From the NCBI RefSeq assembly GCF_009914755.1, contig NC_060947.1: 64,000 bases of DNA; one strand, written 5' to 3'. This DNA is from the human T2T-CHM13v2.0 reference genome, Homo sapiens. Numbering within the stretch: the first letter of the stretch is position 1; each line of letters begins with the position of its first letter. Shown piece by piece: positions 14,690 through 31,319 of this stretch. The translations under genes were made by a program, and so were the position numbers. The notes under the pieces were generated by a model. That model searched no databases. It was not told the DNA's origin and saw only the letters and a program-made list of their open reading frames with translations.

Positions 14690-14840
14690 TAAGTTGAGCG
14701 ACAACCTCTCTGAGTTTCCTCAATTGTAAAATGGGGATACCAGTGGCACCTTTTTCTTTTGGTTGTTTTGAGGATTTAGTGAAATAATGTGCATAAAGTC
14801 CTCAGCAGGATACCTGGCACTTAGTAAAAGTACAATGGCT
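14690..14840 (+). mobile_element. MIR SINE
   Basis: Core aacctctctgagtttcctcaattgtaaaatggggata..ggttgttttgaggatt. Confidence 0.75.
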
Positions 14841-15449
14841 GTTAAATATATTTTTCAACTACTTTCACAGTAGTTACTCTTAAAGTATCAACTCATTTTT
14901 TCATCCACTCTTCTAAAACATTCACCAAAATATTATATGCCATGTTCTTTGCTGTGTGTTAGGAGCACAGGGATGAAAGAACCATGTACTCAATAACTTG
15001 TACTTATAGACATGTTACCCTATTACTGGAGACTGTTTTGGTAAAAACAGGAATAACATGCCAAGGCAGCTCAGGGGATGTAGGAAAGTCTAAAAACCTG
15101 TCCTAGTGAAACTGATGCTTGACCTGGGCCTTAAAGGATGAGTAATAATCCATTAGTCAGCCAAGGGTCCGATCATTCCAAGCTAAAGGAAAACTATGTA
15201 CAAAGGCTAGGAACTATTAATTTCCATGCTGGGTTCCAGATATAAAGGAGAAATCCATGTGATTTCACCTAAAGGGTCAGATGGATCAGCAGAAGATGAG
15301 TTCGGATAACAAAAATAATAGTTAATAGAATTCAATATATGATAAGAATATTCGGTGTTTATAACAAACGGGATAATTCCAACCAGAGGATGGAAGGATC
15401 AAAGGTTTTTTTTCTATCAAGGTGTGGAGCTGGGGTCCTATCTTACACA

Positions 15450-15640
15450 GTTTAGTCATTCTCAAATATTTTTATACACCAGAAAAACATGGAAAGACTT
15501 AAAATTGCCTCCGTCTTGCTCAAACCTTCCGAAGATTCCAATTTAATTGATCTGGGATGGAGCCTGGGAATCTATATTTTTTATTTTTGTGTGTGTTTTA
15601 TTTGTTTAGTGCTCTCCTAGTAATACTAATATATAAGTAG
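15450..15640. mobile_element. MER5-like hAT-Charlie fragment
   Basis: agattccaatttaattgatctgggatggagcctgggaatctatattttt. Confidence 0.55.
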
Positions 15641-16557
15641 GACAGAAAGCTGCCTGCAGTAAGCAGTCACAACCCAATACCAGTAGTTAGAAGCCCAAAA
15701 TGAGTCATTTAAACAATATTCTTAAGGTCCACGTGCAAAATTCTGGAAACAAGGAGTCAGTAGAGGTTACAGAAGGTAATTTTAGCAGCAGTGAGAGGTT
15801 GAATTAGGACAGTGAGTTTTCAGTCATTTCTGCTTATCTGGCACTTGCTTTCTATGAAGAAAAGGAAAGAGCATATTCAGATACTCCCAGTGATACTGGA
15901 GTCATAGTCTCAGGCTAAGATAGTGGGCATGAGATGAGATGGACTCAAAAGACAGAAGTAGATGTTGGGATAAATTAGAGTATTGGGATAAAGAAGAAAG
16001 AGAGAGCTCAAAGAACAATCCAAAGGTTGTAACTATAGGGGCAGGAGCAGTAGGTCTAGGATGTAGATAAAGAACTAATTTGAAAGTGTTGACTATAGGC
16101 AGCTTCCCAATAAACCATGGCTAATACCTGAGCCATTATTTCTTTCACAGCCCCAGGCACAACTGTGTGGTGCCTCACTTTCTGAAACATTTTAACAGTC
16201 TCCTCCTTTGTATATGACCCCAGTGCCCTCAGGCCATTCCCGGACTGCTTTCTTGGTTTCAAAATATTTCCTCTACTTAAGTATTGGTTTTAGAGGAGAC
16301 TGAATTGAGAATTGTGCTATAGGGAGCATCCCAGAACCACGAAAATGACAGTGGTTATGAACTATCACTGATGAACATTTTAGGCAAAAGTGGCCGATTT
16401 TGAAGATGACCTCGAGGTCATCCAAACTTCCCTCTTTCCTCATTGCCAAAGGTCCTGAGGAACATTATGAAAAATAAAAATTAAAGGCAGGTGGAAAGCC
16501 CAAACATACGTCTTTTTATTTGTGATATTGAATTATAAAGTGAGAATTACTAGGCTT

Positions 16558-17162
16558 TGTTGATGGCAAAACCAGACTCTGTAAAATATTTTAGGCAGTC
16601 AGATTACAGTTTGGTTTTATACATTTTATGAAGGCAGGAGTTTTAGGCAAAGACATAAATCAATATATGGAAGGTACACATTGGTGAGGCCTAAAAGGGT
16701 GAGATATCTTGAAGCAGGGGCTTACAGGTCATAGGTGGATTCGGAGATTCTTTAATTTGTGATTGGTTAAAGGAGTAAAGGTTTGTCTAAAAATTTGGAG
16801 TAAGCAGGAAGGAATGTTTTAAGTTAAGATAAGGAAGTCTGTTAATCAATACACTGGGTCAGAGTGACCTGTAGGGGTGTGCGATTTAACCCTTGTCTGA
16901 CATGGCCTTAGGTCCTGTTTATAATTTGGTATCTTAATGTTGCAGAGTCCATTTTGTTAGTCTTTGCTCTCTATTTTACAATAACATTAATGCTAGTCAG
17001 TTGTGCCTAAACTCCAAAAGGGAGGGGGTATAAAAAAGCGTGTCTGACCTCCTTTCTTGTCATTGCCAGGAATTCAGTTTTTAAGGTTTCTCTGGGGTCT
17101 CAGTGGCTAAGAGAGGGTCTGGTCCATTTGTGACGGGCTAAGGATTTTATTTTTAGTTTACA
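16558..17162 (-). mobile_element. ERV1 MER4-family solo LTR
   Basis: TG..CA ends; tttggttttatacatttt, ggggcttacaggtcataggtggattc and ttttatttttagtttaca match MER4 antisense. Confidence 0.8.
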
Positions 17163-19216
17163 GCAGGATCAATGATTATGTTTCCTAAGGGACCTAATTC
17201 TAGAAGTCCTTCAGTTCTCCCCAAATATTTTGGGCCCTTGTGTCACAATTGCTGAAACCCTGACTCCAAATTTGGGAGGATAACATTGCTGCCAGCTTTT
17301 TACTGGTATCAAGAAAAATGCCAGAAAATATGCAACATATGTTGCCATTTTGTCAAAAGCAGCAATGTTAACATGACAATGAAAGCAAGTTCCTTTTGGA
17401 TTTCTTTTTAATCCCTGGAAGGTCAGAGGGCCAAAGTTTTCTAGTAATTCATCTAGGAAATTAACCACCTTTGGCTTTTCTTACTATTTTAATTTACAAT
17501 TATGATTTATAGATGAACGTTGGTTGGAAAATATTTTTACACATAATGGCTTTTTTAGAATAGCATCTACAGATACATGACAGAAGGATAAAAATTGTAA
17601 CTGTGACAGCAATTTCAATCAGAAATAAAAACCTTAAGGAGCATCATGAAATTTACCAAAATTTATGCTTCTGATTTCATGGTATGTATTTGTTGATTTG
17701 TTTCTTCCCCAAGGGATTAGTAGTGAATATGTAAGTAAAAAAGGACATGATTACACATGAAATACAATATGTCTTCTGGGAAGGTGGAGAAATCTTTCAG
17801 CCTTAGTGGCATTCACGTTTGTGTGGCTGTGTATGTGGATGTGTGAATTTATTCAACAAAAATGATACCACTTCCATTTGCATGATATTGTAAAGATTTT
17901 TTTCTTTCCCATATATTCTCTCTTTTTGGTCTCCTGATAATCCTGCGAGGTAACATTAATATATGTGATACATTTAATGAAAGTCTTTGACAGGCAGCAA
18001 CATATTTGAGAAAACAAGCTTGGGAAGTAAGCAATATTATCTTCATTTAAATAATGAGAAAAATGAGTCTCAAATAGGGTAAGTGATCTACCAACCAGCA
18101 CCCAGCTCTCCAAGATAGAACTGATACTCAAAACTAAGTCTTGTTAACCCAGTACTGTGCTTGATTCATAGAAAATGTTCCACAAATATCTGAAATTTAA
18201 TTCATAGTTTGTGTAGGTACAGCATGCAACCACCACAAGGAATTTTGGCTTTCTCTTTAAAATGTGGACTTTTATGTGCCAAGATAAATTTTCTTTGTGG
18301 CTGAATGTTTTTCAGGAAGAGATTACTCAACTAATTTGAACCACATTGACCTATCTGTAATTTATGGAAAAGTGCAACATAATACAGGATTATAGAGGCT
18401 AGAGTCACGCTTGCTGAATACATATGCTGTACATTATTTTGAAAGAAAGAAAACATTTTAATACAAACTATGTGAATTTGATGACGCATTTTCCCTTTAT
18501 TTCTGTTAGTATAAACCTGCCTATATCTGATAATTGTTGGTGGGCATGAAGTAAAAGGAAATTATCCCCCTTTCTGTAGGTTGTCTGTAAAGAAATAAAG
18601 CAAAAGGGAATTAGTACAAAATAATAACGGTAATCTAAGCAGACATAGAGTTCAGTGTTTGTTTTATTTCACAGAAAGATGCCTATGCAACTTGTGTAAC
18701 AAATTGGTAGGCTGAAAGAATAACCTCATGTAAATGAAGAATGTAATTACCATCTTCACAGTTTTGGTACATGTTGGAAATGTCATTTCAATCAGGGCTA
18801 ATCATAATATGACAGGAATAACTGTGATACCATAAGTGATAATGTTATGCTGCTCACTTTTTCTAAATTTGGTGGCAAAATATGCAAAGATAAAACTTTC
18901 AAAGAGCCAGTAAAACATGTTCAAGAATTTTCTCACTTTAAAAAATATTTTCAGGGAAGTACTCATCATTATAGATCAACAATTATTTTGATAACTCCAT
19001 TGTTTTTAAATTAACCCTGTTTTAGTATTTTGGTCATCTTTTATGGTCAATTATAAAAGAAAAGGATCCATTTTAAGTGACAATAAGTATTTGATATTTT
19101 ACTTTTTCCACATATATATTCCTATATTCCATATGGCACATATGTATATTTTGTATATATTCCACATATAATCCATATATATATATTAGACACACAGATA
19201 CACACATACGTATGAT

Positions 19217-19233
19217 ATCTGTCTATCTGTCTG

Positions 19234-19282
<49 letters not shown>
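19217..19282. repeat. (TCTG)n(TCTA)n tetranucleotide STR occupying the Alu tail
   Basis: Direct reading. Confidence 0.95.
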
Positions 19283-19283
19283 A

Positions 19284-19580
19284 GTTGAGACAAGGTCTTA
19301 CTCTAACAGCCAGGCTGGAGCGCAGTGGGGTGATCACGGCTCACAGCAGACTCCATCTCCCAGGCTCAAATGATCCTCTCACCTCAGCCTCCCGAGTAGC
19401 TAGAACTACAAGTGCACCCCACTGCATGTAGATAAATTTAATTTTTTTTTTTTTTTTTTTTGTAGAGACAGGGTCTCACTGTGTTGCCCAAGCTGTCCCC
19501 TAACTCCTGGGCTTAAGCAATCCTCCTACCTCAGCCTCCCAAAGTGCTGGGATTATAGACATAAGTCACCATGCCTGGAC
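19284..19580 (-). mobile_element. AluJ
   Basis: J-type diagnostics gatcacggctcac, ctcctgggcttaagcaatcctcc. Confidence 0.9.
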
Positions 19581-19594
19581 ACATGTGATATTTT

Positions 19595-19665
19595 GTATGT
19601 ATGTATGTATGTATGTATGTATGTATGTATGTATGTATCTATCTATCTATCTATCCATCCATCGA
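19595..19665. repeat. (TATG)n(TATC)n(CATC)n compound STR
   Basis: Direct reading. Confidence 0.95.
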
Positions 19666-20570
19666 TCTAAAAATTTAAATATAGTTTTCGAAATGTTGTC
19701 TCTCATTTTTTTTTTCCGTACATGGGCTTCTTATTAACAATAAATAAAGTAGCTAAAAACAACGAACTAAGAACTTCAGCATAAAGCTCAATGGGTGTTC
19801 CCATTCATTGCATTGTGAAGTTGATATGAATGCCATTTTGATGCTACCTCATTTTCTGGCTCCTGATGAAGAAACAGATTAATGACAAATTCCTTTCATT
19901 ACTAATTTCTGTGGTTCTCATGAAGTTTATGACATTTTAATTTAATTTTATTTTGTTACTTTTCTAATCCACTACTTTATGGACAAGTCAACAAATGGTT
20001 TCTTAAAAGTACCTCTCTACTAGGAAGTTGGCAATAAATACAAATAACTAACTGTTGCTGTGTGGATACAGCCTCCCAACGGGAGACAACAGGGGAGTCA
20101 GGGGAGTGAAGAAGAAAGGAAGAAGTATGATTTGTATTTTGTTTTTGTTCATAATTTTTGGTGTTGAGTACAAAGTTTGACCCAAGACATAAATAAATGC
20201 GTTGATTTTTGAAAACTTTAAATAAAGGTATCTTATTCTGTGGTTCAAGAACCACTGGAAATGTAGAGGTCATCCAAATGTCCTGAAATTGGATGCAAAT
20301 TTTTATTTCTATGTGCATATGTACATTTTTATGGGGAAAGGATACACGACATTATTCAGATTTTCCTCAACATATAAGACTAGCAAATAGGTTCAGGACC
20401 ACTGCCTTATCTATTAATTATATTCAGGTCCAAATGGGAAAAAGACGTTTCTAAGAAACAAGAATATAAATGCCTTAATCCATGAATTTACTTTTATTTA
20501 TACAAGATATTACATAAAATAATCTGAAACAAAGCATCTTCCAAAATAGTGTTATAAGAATGAATATTAT

Positions 20571-20853
20571 GCCGGGCACGGTGGCTCATGCCTGTAATCC
20601 CAGCGATTTGGGAGGCTGAGGCAGGTAGATCACCTGAGGTCAGGAGTTCGAGACCAGCCTGGCCAACATGGCAAAACCCCGTTTTTACTGAAAATACAAA
20701 AAAATTACCCGGGCGTGGTGGCGTGTGCCTCAAAAAAATTACTGAGGCAGGAGAGTAGCTTGAAACCGGGAGGCTGAGGTTGCAGTGAGTCGAGATCATG
20801 CCGCTGCACTCCAGCCTGGACAACAGAGTGAGACTCCATCTCAAAAAAAAAAG
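20571..20853 (+). mobile_element. Alu (AluSx-like) with internal deletion/insertion
   Basis: Dimeric Alu; TSD gaatgaatattat at 20558-20570 and 20854-20866. Confidence 0.95.
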
Positions 20854-22158
20854 GAATGAATATTATAATACTATGTTATTTACTTAATTATAAGAATTAA
20901 AAATATATTTGAGCATATTTAGGGCCTCATAATCATGCATAGAGGAAATTGATATGATCCATTTTATGTTGAGTAACTCATTATCATTATTATTATTAAT
21001 AATATTGCTTACTACAAAAAATTAGGCAAATTCCTTTTCTTATAAAAATTAAGAGTTGAATATGTTGTTATGCCTAAACTACATAACGTCTGCAAAGGTT
21101 ATGGTCTTATGGATGATGATTTTTCTCAAATATTAGTGTGAAAATAACAAGTTTCTAAGTTTTCCAAATAACTTAATGTGAAGGCAAAGGATTTTTAAGA
21201 GGTTTTGATTATACTCAGAGAGTGGAGGACTAAGTGATGAAAGACCAAGATGAGTGGTGATCTGTGTTCCTTTAACTATTATGTGCAGTTGCTGACACAA
21301 AATGGTTTTGTTCTTTCTAAAAGGTAGAGAGAGAATTTTGCCCACAGACAGAAAGAAAATGTCTTTCAAGAAGTGGTTTGAGAGGCTGGAGAGAAGCAGA
21401 TTGGTTACTTGATTACTGAGAGGGCCATTAATAGGAGCTCATTTCTAGCTAAAGTGCTGACATCACTTTGAAGCCATTTACAATTGTTAAAAGGAAGCAA
21501 CCCTTTAGTATAAATAATGAGCCTGTTACAGTGAAGTGCATTGGCAGATATTCATAAACACAGATACAGGAGGAGCTGTTATTCATTACAATTACTGTTT
21601 TTCGTATGTTTGAAAAATGCAAATATATGTGTGTGTGTATGTGTGTAGTCGCACAGTGATATTTTGTTTTAGTACGTATAATTTAGAATTATCAAAAGGA
21701 GGTTTGCTCCTTATATGTAGGTTATATTATGTCATGTGTCTACTTTTGGAGAGAGTGATAAATTGAGACAAATATTCCCTAAGTTTGGATTTAACAACCC
21801 AAAATCCTCTAGGATGTCACTCTACACTTTATTTGGCAACTTTTCTATGTGCATATTTTAGGGACGCTTGCAGAAAAGGTATGTATGGACAAGACAAGAT
21901 CCTTGCCTAGAAACAGAAAGAACAAATATGAGCAGAGGCATAAATCAAAACATAAGCAATACAAATCAGTGCTAATTTTTTTAATTAAATAAGGCTTTCT
22001 GATTCATGATCTAACCTTTAAAAGTAGTTTCTGAAGTATATTCTCTGTTATGAAACTTCGTTCTTATAATAAAAATCATATTTTGCAAAAAAAAAACCCT
22101 AATTTTCAATTACACTATGAAAAAATAAACTAATGAGTTTTCACTATTAAAAAAATAA

Positions 22159-22641
<483 letters not shown>

Positions 22642-23279
22642 AAGTTCAACATATTTCATATTCAAAATATCTGTGTCAGTTAGCTTTGGCTACATAATAA
22701 ACTACTCTAAAACTGAATGGCTTAAGACAATTTAGTTCACTGTTCTGGTAGGTGTTTCTTCTGGTCTGGGCTTGGCTCTCTCATGCATCTTTGGCTCAAG
22801 TATGGCTTTCCACAGTGTCTTAACCCTTCAAAGACTCAGGTTTTACATCTAAAACCAGAGTTCGAGAACAGGAACCTCATAACTGACAAAAAAATAAAAG
22901 TTACTCCTCAGTGTTGTCTGAACTCATCTCTCCTGCTAAACTCCCAAAGGAGAATTCAAAACTGGCCTATTTTCCTCAAGCTCCCTATTCAACCCTTCTC
23001 AACCTTCCCCTCTCCTTAGCCAATATCCTACCTGATATGTTTTTAAATATTTTAGACCCTCAGATATGAATGCTCTTGCCTTCCCTATATCCTAATGATA
23101 AATGTATTCATGATCACAGCCAACCTCACGTTCTTTTCCTGGCTTTCTCAGAGGAGAGTCTCATCGTCCACTTAAGAGATACCTATTTCACTTGCATCCT
23201 TGATTTTATCAATTCTTATTCTCTTTCAACTGTATGGTCATCTTCATCTTTTCCTCTCTACTGTAGAACTGCCATTTTA

Positions 23280-23784
23280 TTTTTCTTCTTTTCTGAGCCA
23301 ATCTTCTCGAGGGAGTAATCTCAATTCTCTATCTCCATGGCTTAATTTCCCACTTCATGCTAATCTACTGTAATTCAGTCTTTATTTGTCATGGTGCAAA
23401 AACTATTATTTTTATAATCAATGGTGACTTTTATATTGGTAAATCTAGTGAACATGTGCTAGTTTTTTTTTTAACTAGGTCTCTCTTCTGCACTTGACAC
23501 TGTTCATTACTCTGTCTTAGTCTCTACACACTTGCCTCTTATTATAGTATTCTCTGTTTTCTTTCCTTTGTGAACACTGTCAACATCCTTCACAAGTTTC
23601 TCTTCCTGCAGTCACCTTTTGGATAGAGGTGCCACCATGCTTCCGTCCCAGTTCCTTTACTCTTCTTATCCTGCACATCCTCTTGCTGTCTTCATTCCAT
23701 CTCCAACCCTTGCATTTCCATCAGATACTTCTCTGGAGTGGTTCCATAGGGATGCCAGATGCACTACCTACCAACTCATACTGA

Positions 23785-23844
<60 letters not shown>

Positions 23845-24060
23845 CTTCTTCTTTAGCACAATATCCTGGAGAATCACGTAGATTAGAAACAAACGGGTCA
23901 CTCTTGTTCCCCTACTTCCTCACTTTCCTATTCAATTAGTCATCAAGACTTGCACATTTTGACAACTAAGATTTTTCTTTTGTTCCATCCCCTTTCAGCC
24001 CATCACAGTCCCCTAAGACCACCTCTTAGTTCAAATATTTTGTACCTCTTGTTTACTACC
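23280..24060 (+). mobile_element. L2 internal fragment, containing a (TA)n tract at ~23790-23840
   Basis: aatctactgtaattcagtc.., aaatctagtgaaca.., ctctcttctgcacttgacactgttcattactct typical of decayed L2 ORF2. Confidence 0.55.
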
Positions 24061-24248
24061 ACAGCACACAACAGTTTCACATAACTTCACATTACATATA
24101 CACTTTCACTCAAAAAAGGATAGCATTTTTGGATTTTGAAGCACGGCATACCTTTTAACGTGTGTATAAGATGTGTTTTCTCATGACTTCTTATACAATC
24201 ACATGTACTATTCTGCATTGCTGCTTTATACGCTTGTGACTTATCTCA

Positions 24249-24890
24249 TGTAGGAATGGAAAGAGGGTGATCCCTTTCCTTCCCATCATAAGGGTCACAG
24301 TTGACACCTCTATAAAAAGAGAGAAGCCATACAAATTTATTTTATCATAGTTTCTTGTGGCTTGGGAGGGAGCCTTCAGAATGAAGACCCCAAGATACAG
24401 GGAAGACTACCTTTTTATGCTTAGGTTCCATGAAGGATGGACAGCTGTGTAGAACTGTGATTGGACAAAAAGGGTATGATCTAATACTAATAGACTGAGT
24501 GGGAAAAATCAGCAAGGCCTGTCTGTCCAGATTCTTCTTGACCTCTCTGTGCAGCGTTCCTTCCTCCCAGGTGTGGTGCAGGAACTCTCTCTGGTATGGG
24601 GGATCTTTGACCTATAGTCAACAGGTAAGTTAGAGAATTTCTTTATGGCCAGTTCTTACACATAAAGGTAGGGGGTAAGTTATGATGATATTTTTAGGTT
24701 TTATGGCTGGCCTTGAGGAGAAACATTTCTGATTTCTATGACCAGTTTTAGGGAAGAGGGATTTTAATTTCGATGGCTATCCTCAGGGAAGAACAAGGGG
24801 TGAGAGACAAAAGGGCAGGAGGGCAGAATTTTGTTTCTGAAATTGCCTCTGAGGACTTCACTTTGGGGTACTGCTTCCTGTGCCTCAATA
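24249..24890 (-). mobile_element. ERV1 MER39-like solo LTR (copy 1)
   Basis: gagccttcagaatgaagacc..ggacaaaaagggtatgatcta..cagattcttcttgacctct, shared with three other copies in the window. Confidence 0.75.
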
Positions 24891-25730
24891 TAATCAATGT
24901 GATCAATTTTACATTGTTGGTATTATTCAATGATACTTTAGATTTGTGAAATTCACTAGTTAGAACCAAGCTATTTATTCTACATTAAAACATTTCAATA
25001 GATAGAATATCTTACAATAGCTATTGTCAAAAAATCATTATTATTGGGTTTAACATTTTTATATTTAGCTCTGTGTGGAATATCTTAATTATTTTTTGAC
25101 TTCTCTCTCATGTAGCATCAGAAATTATTCACTTGAACAGATTTTAGATTAATTTATTGATATTATGATTACCATGCATATCCATTAAATATTTTGATAT
25201 TGACAATTAAAAAGAATGAAGTATGCATATATGTCTCAATCATCCAGCTGATCCTAGGAAAGGGATGTGCATTTATTAATCATGTTTTTAACCCACAGCA
25301 CTTACTGTGACATTTGTCACATAGTAAGCACTATATATGTTTTTAAATTAATGAAGCTATCAAAGTTCACCAACCAATATAATTTCAGAGGACAGATGAA
25401 GGCTTTCACGTCTTCATTTGTTCACACCCTATATTCTTCCTTATGCAGCTATTTAAAATTAATTGGCAAGAATTACCACTCTCCTTTTCTCATACTTGTT
25501 TTGGATTCTAAACTTTGTTATTTTATTTTTGCCATCTCTATTCTTTCTACTTACTTGACAATTTTAAAATCACACATTATCTAAAATCAGGCAGTGTTTT
25601 AATTGGTTGATATATTTTACAAGAAACCATTCCACCATTATGTTCTTGGTGATTTAAATGCCTATTTGGCTACTTACTTGCACATTATTTGCAAGAATAC
25701 TGATATCTCTTTGAAATCCTTATCTGTGAG

Positions 25731-26152
25731 TGTGTTAGTCCATTTGTGTTGCTCTAAAGGAACACCTGAGGCTGGATAATTTATAAGAAAAAAAGTTTGT
25801 TTTGGCTCACAGTTCTGCAGGCTGTGCAAGAAGCACGGTGCTGGCATCTGCTACTAGTGAGGGCCTCAGGAAGTTTCTGATCATGGCAGAAGGTGAAGGG
25901 GGAGCCAGTGCATCACGTGGTTAAGAGAGGAAGAATGAGGGAGAAAGAGTGGGGAGGTGCCACAGTTTTAAACAACCAGATCTCACATGAACTGAGAGTG
26001 AGGACTCATTCATTATTCTGAGTACAGCACCAAGCCATTCATGAGGGATCTGTTTCCATGACACAAACACCTACCACTAGGCCCCATCTCCAACATTGAA
26101 GACTATATTTCACCATAAGATTTGGAGGGGACAAACATCCGAACTATCAGCA
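25731..26152 (-). mobile_element. MSTB-like MaLR solo LTR
   Basis: tgtgttagtccatttgtgttgct..ggctcacagttctgcaggctg..ggaggggacaaacatccgaactatcagca. Confidence 0.88.
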
Positions 26153-27800
26153 ATTATGTAGCTACATAGAAACACCAAAGCTGTTCTTTCTATTTTATTT
26201 GGTAGAGGTTAAGATAAGAGAATATGACAGTTTATTTCACTCAAGGCATTTTATTAATTCATTGACATTTGTCTTTGAACAAAGAGGGTCATGTACGTTC
26301 CTGCCTTATTCATGGTGAATTGGTTTGGATGTAATGGTACTTGTACAACCTGAGGTCTTACCAAGGATACTATCTCTCCAGTTCATTTGTATGTCTTTCC
26401 AAGGACTCTGAAACATTTTGTCCAAGGAAAAAGTTTCTTATTGAATTTGAACTTACATCAAATGAGGCAAAGTACTTAGCAGCCACTCCACTTTCAGCAT
26501 AGGAAAATTCTATAATTTGTCTTGTGCATTGTATGCATTGTTCTATTTAGAATCTGTGTTTACCTTGTAAATGTACTTTTAATAATACCTGAAAAAGTAA
26601 TATTGAGAATGCATTGTTCTATGTCATAGCCCTCATTATTTCATTAAATGAAGAGCTGAAAAAGAGATAATCATTTAATTTATGTTTTAAATATCTATAC
26701 TGACTTGTTTGAAGAATAATATAGCCACCATTTATTAAACCTTGGAAGTAGTGATTTTACAAACATTTTTTTCTCATTCGCACAATGACTCTGCACATAA
26801 GTGGCCTATTATTATTTTCATTGTCCAGTTGACGATTCAAGGGTTATACAATTTATGTGACTTCCCATTGTCATATTGGGGCTGGAATCTATACCAATTT
26901 TGCAGAACTTGAGAATTTATGTCCTTTCCTGTATAACCGTGGTTTTCCATGTTTTCCTTCTGCTTCCATATTTCCACATGGGCAACACATTCCCACTCTT
27001 TTACATAATATTTCTTCAGAAAAAGGCAAGAAGAAGGTTGTATGTAATCTGAATTGGCTGTCTTTTACATTCCCCTCTCAAACCCTAGAGGTTGCAATAC
27101 CCATGATCCTCTTGAGAATTGCCACACTATATAGCAGTGGTTGGATGCTGGCTCCAAATTAGAATCTCTAATAGTCTGATTTAATTATTCTGGGTACTAA
27201 GATGCTGGTATTTTAAGAGCTCTCTAGGTGATTTAATATGCAGCCAGAGTTGAAAACCAAGGTTTCCCTTCTATTGTATTTCATGAAATGAAAAAGACAA
27301 AATAAAAAAAGAAATTCAATTTATATTGTTTGCTGTCAATGAAACATATCACATAACCTCCCAATTCTTAAATTACACCAGTACTTCATATTTGAAATAT
27401 ATATTCTTAATAAATCTTTTAACTTTCAGGGCTCTTTCCCCCTAATTCTTTTCAGTTACTTTATTAGCTCTTTGACCTTGGGCAACTTTCTCTTAGAGTC
27501 GATTTTCTTTTCTTCATTCTAATTTATAAATTAAACTCTTAGCTAGGTAATATTATTTATTACTTTTTTGAATAGGTGACTCTTATAAAATTTCATTTAT
27601 TTTGTTTCTGGTATTTACATATTGGCCTAGTGACCATACTAGATACTTAATATGCTGTATATATTTTATACACATAAATAAAAATGTAAATACACACTAT
27701 ATATATACTATATTTATTTTTAGAGTAAATAAACTTTTTAAACTTCAGGTTATTTAGCACTAACATACTCTCTGATGGTCCCAGTATTAACATGGTTTTT

Positions 27801-28045
27801 AGGAGTGCACAAACCCTTTTCTGCAAGAGACCAGAGAGTAAATATTTTAGGCTTTGTAAAACTTATGGTCTCTTTTGCAACAATTCAGTATCTGTCACAA
27901 CTATTCGACTCCACCATTGGAATGCTAAAGCATCTGTAGACAATATGTAAACAAATAGGTATGATTATGTTGCAATAAAACTATATTTATGAATGCTAGC
28001 TGTAGGCTAGGTTTGACCTGCAGTCTGTCGTTTGTTGAACCCTGC
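27801..28045. mobile_element. MER58A-like hAT-Charlie element
   Basis: gaccagagagtaaatattttaggcttt..gtagacaatatgtaaacaaat..tgttgcaataaaact. Confidence 0.75.
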
Positions 28046-28680
28046 TTTTTATGATGATTGTGACCTTGATTTTGTTTTCCTTTTTCATAGCAGGTGCTTC
28101 ATAAGTATTGATTTATATTAGTATGTTTCCTACTTTCTTCCTGCCACAACACAGCAGTTGTTCACAGGAATTTTGTTGCTTCTCCTAGCCTTTTCCATAA
28201 TTTTTTGGTATTAACCAAAGTAATCTACTATATATGGAGAAATTTGCTATGGTATTACTTTTGTATAGGTTATGTGGTCAGCTGCTCTAGGTTGATTATT
28301 TTAGCTCTATTGAAATCACTTTGGTAGATCTAGGCTGCAGCAACAAGGTGAAATAAAGTTAGAACAATGGAAAGAGTGGTAAATAAAAGGATCAAGGCCA
28401 ATGAAAAGGCTTATATAAGAAGATATCCCAAAATATTAGAGTTTTTTAGTGGCTCTCCCTATTATACACACTGTACCAATTAAAATAAATTTAAGAGACT
28501 TCAGAAGAATAACACAGTTTTCAGATGGGTGGATATGGACATATTCTCCAATCCTCAGGTGACTACAAGTAAGAAATCCACTAATTGGAAAGAAAAGAAA
28601 GTAGACTGTAATATAACAGGTAACAACTTCATGAAATGAGTAATCTCAATGAGTAGTTTAGACTAAAAATACAAATAAAT

Positions 28681-28688
28681 TATATATG

Positions 28689-28732
<44 letters not shown>

Positions 28733-28749
28733 GAGAGGGAGAGAGAGAG
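28681..28749. repeat. (TA)n(GA)n compound microsatellite
   Basis: Direct reading. Confidence 0.9.
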
Positions 28750-29369
28750 TTCATAAATGAATAATTGTAGAAAGTTGGTTTGAGATTTCAGTAATAACGT
28801 CATGGAGGGCAGCTCTGTTCATTTTTCAGAATGCTCTATTCAAAGTAGTTATGTCTGTGATTTTATTTATACTGTGATTTTTTCTTAAATGTTTTGATTT
28901 CTCTTAAAGTCGTATGCTTTTCCTCTCATTATTTAAATTTAGATCACGGTAGTATGATTTACTATTAAAAGGTTAATAAAATGGGCTGATATTTCTCATT
29001 ATATATGAGATAGCTTCAAATTATGATATAGAAAAGCCATTACATTGATATAGAGCATTTTCTGTTTTATCTAACACAGAAATTTCCCAATCACTTAATC
29101 TGCTTAATATTTATAGATCTTACATTATCCATGATTACTGTTTCAGCTTATTTTTACTTTATTCATGTTGTGAATAGATAGTACATGCTCATGGTACAAG
29201 ATTCTAAACACACACACATACACACACTCAAACACACACACACACACAAATGATACAGAGAAACAGTAGTCTCTTTTTTCTTCTGTCCGTCTATATCCTG
29301 AATTCAATTACTACTATGAGTCTCATCTAGAAATAGTTCATATACTTACAAACATATTTAAATTCTTAT

Positions 29370-30260
<891 letters not shown>

Positions 30261-30863
30261 TGTATATTTGTTCAAGATTTTGAACCAGCAACATCTGTAA
30301 CATATTCAAATGCAATTTCATTTTAGCTTCCAAGCATGGTCACTCTACCTCATAGGTGTTAATTCAGTATTAGAATGACTAGTCCAAGGTAGCATCTAAA
30401 ACTCTGAACTTAATTTAGTGTTAAATTGTGCCCCTTCCCCGGTTTAGGGCTACTGCAGACAGGAGTATTACAACAGAAAAGACAGGCGTGGCAGGCGGCG
30501 TCTTTAAATCTGTTCCTTGGACTTCTCTCCTGCTTACACCTTGCTATTCTGACTGTTCCAAGGTCAGAGCAGAATAAAGACAGAATGAGGTGATATAAAG
30601 TGTTTTCTAGGCCTAATGGCTGGTTAAGTGTTCTTTCTCTTTGTCTCTCCCCTCCCAGCCCTACCTACCTCTCCTACAGTTTCCTTGACCCAGACAGGCT
30701 CAATCTCTATCTGTGTGGAGACTTGTTACTCTTTCCTTCTCTTCTGAAGATCTAGGCTTCACCTCAGGTTCTTGTTGCTGAGGTTCTTATACTCCCATAG
30801 GTGGCTACTGGTCAGAACCCAAGTCAACCCAGTGTTGACTCTATTTTCTGTGTACTTTGCTGT

Positions 30864-31319
<456 letters not shown>

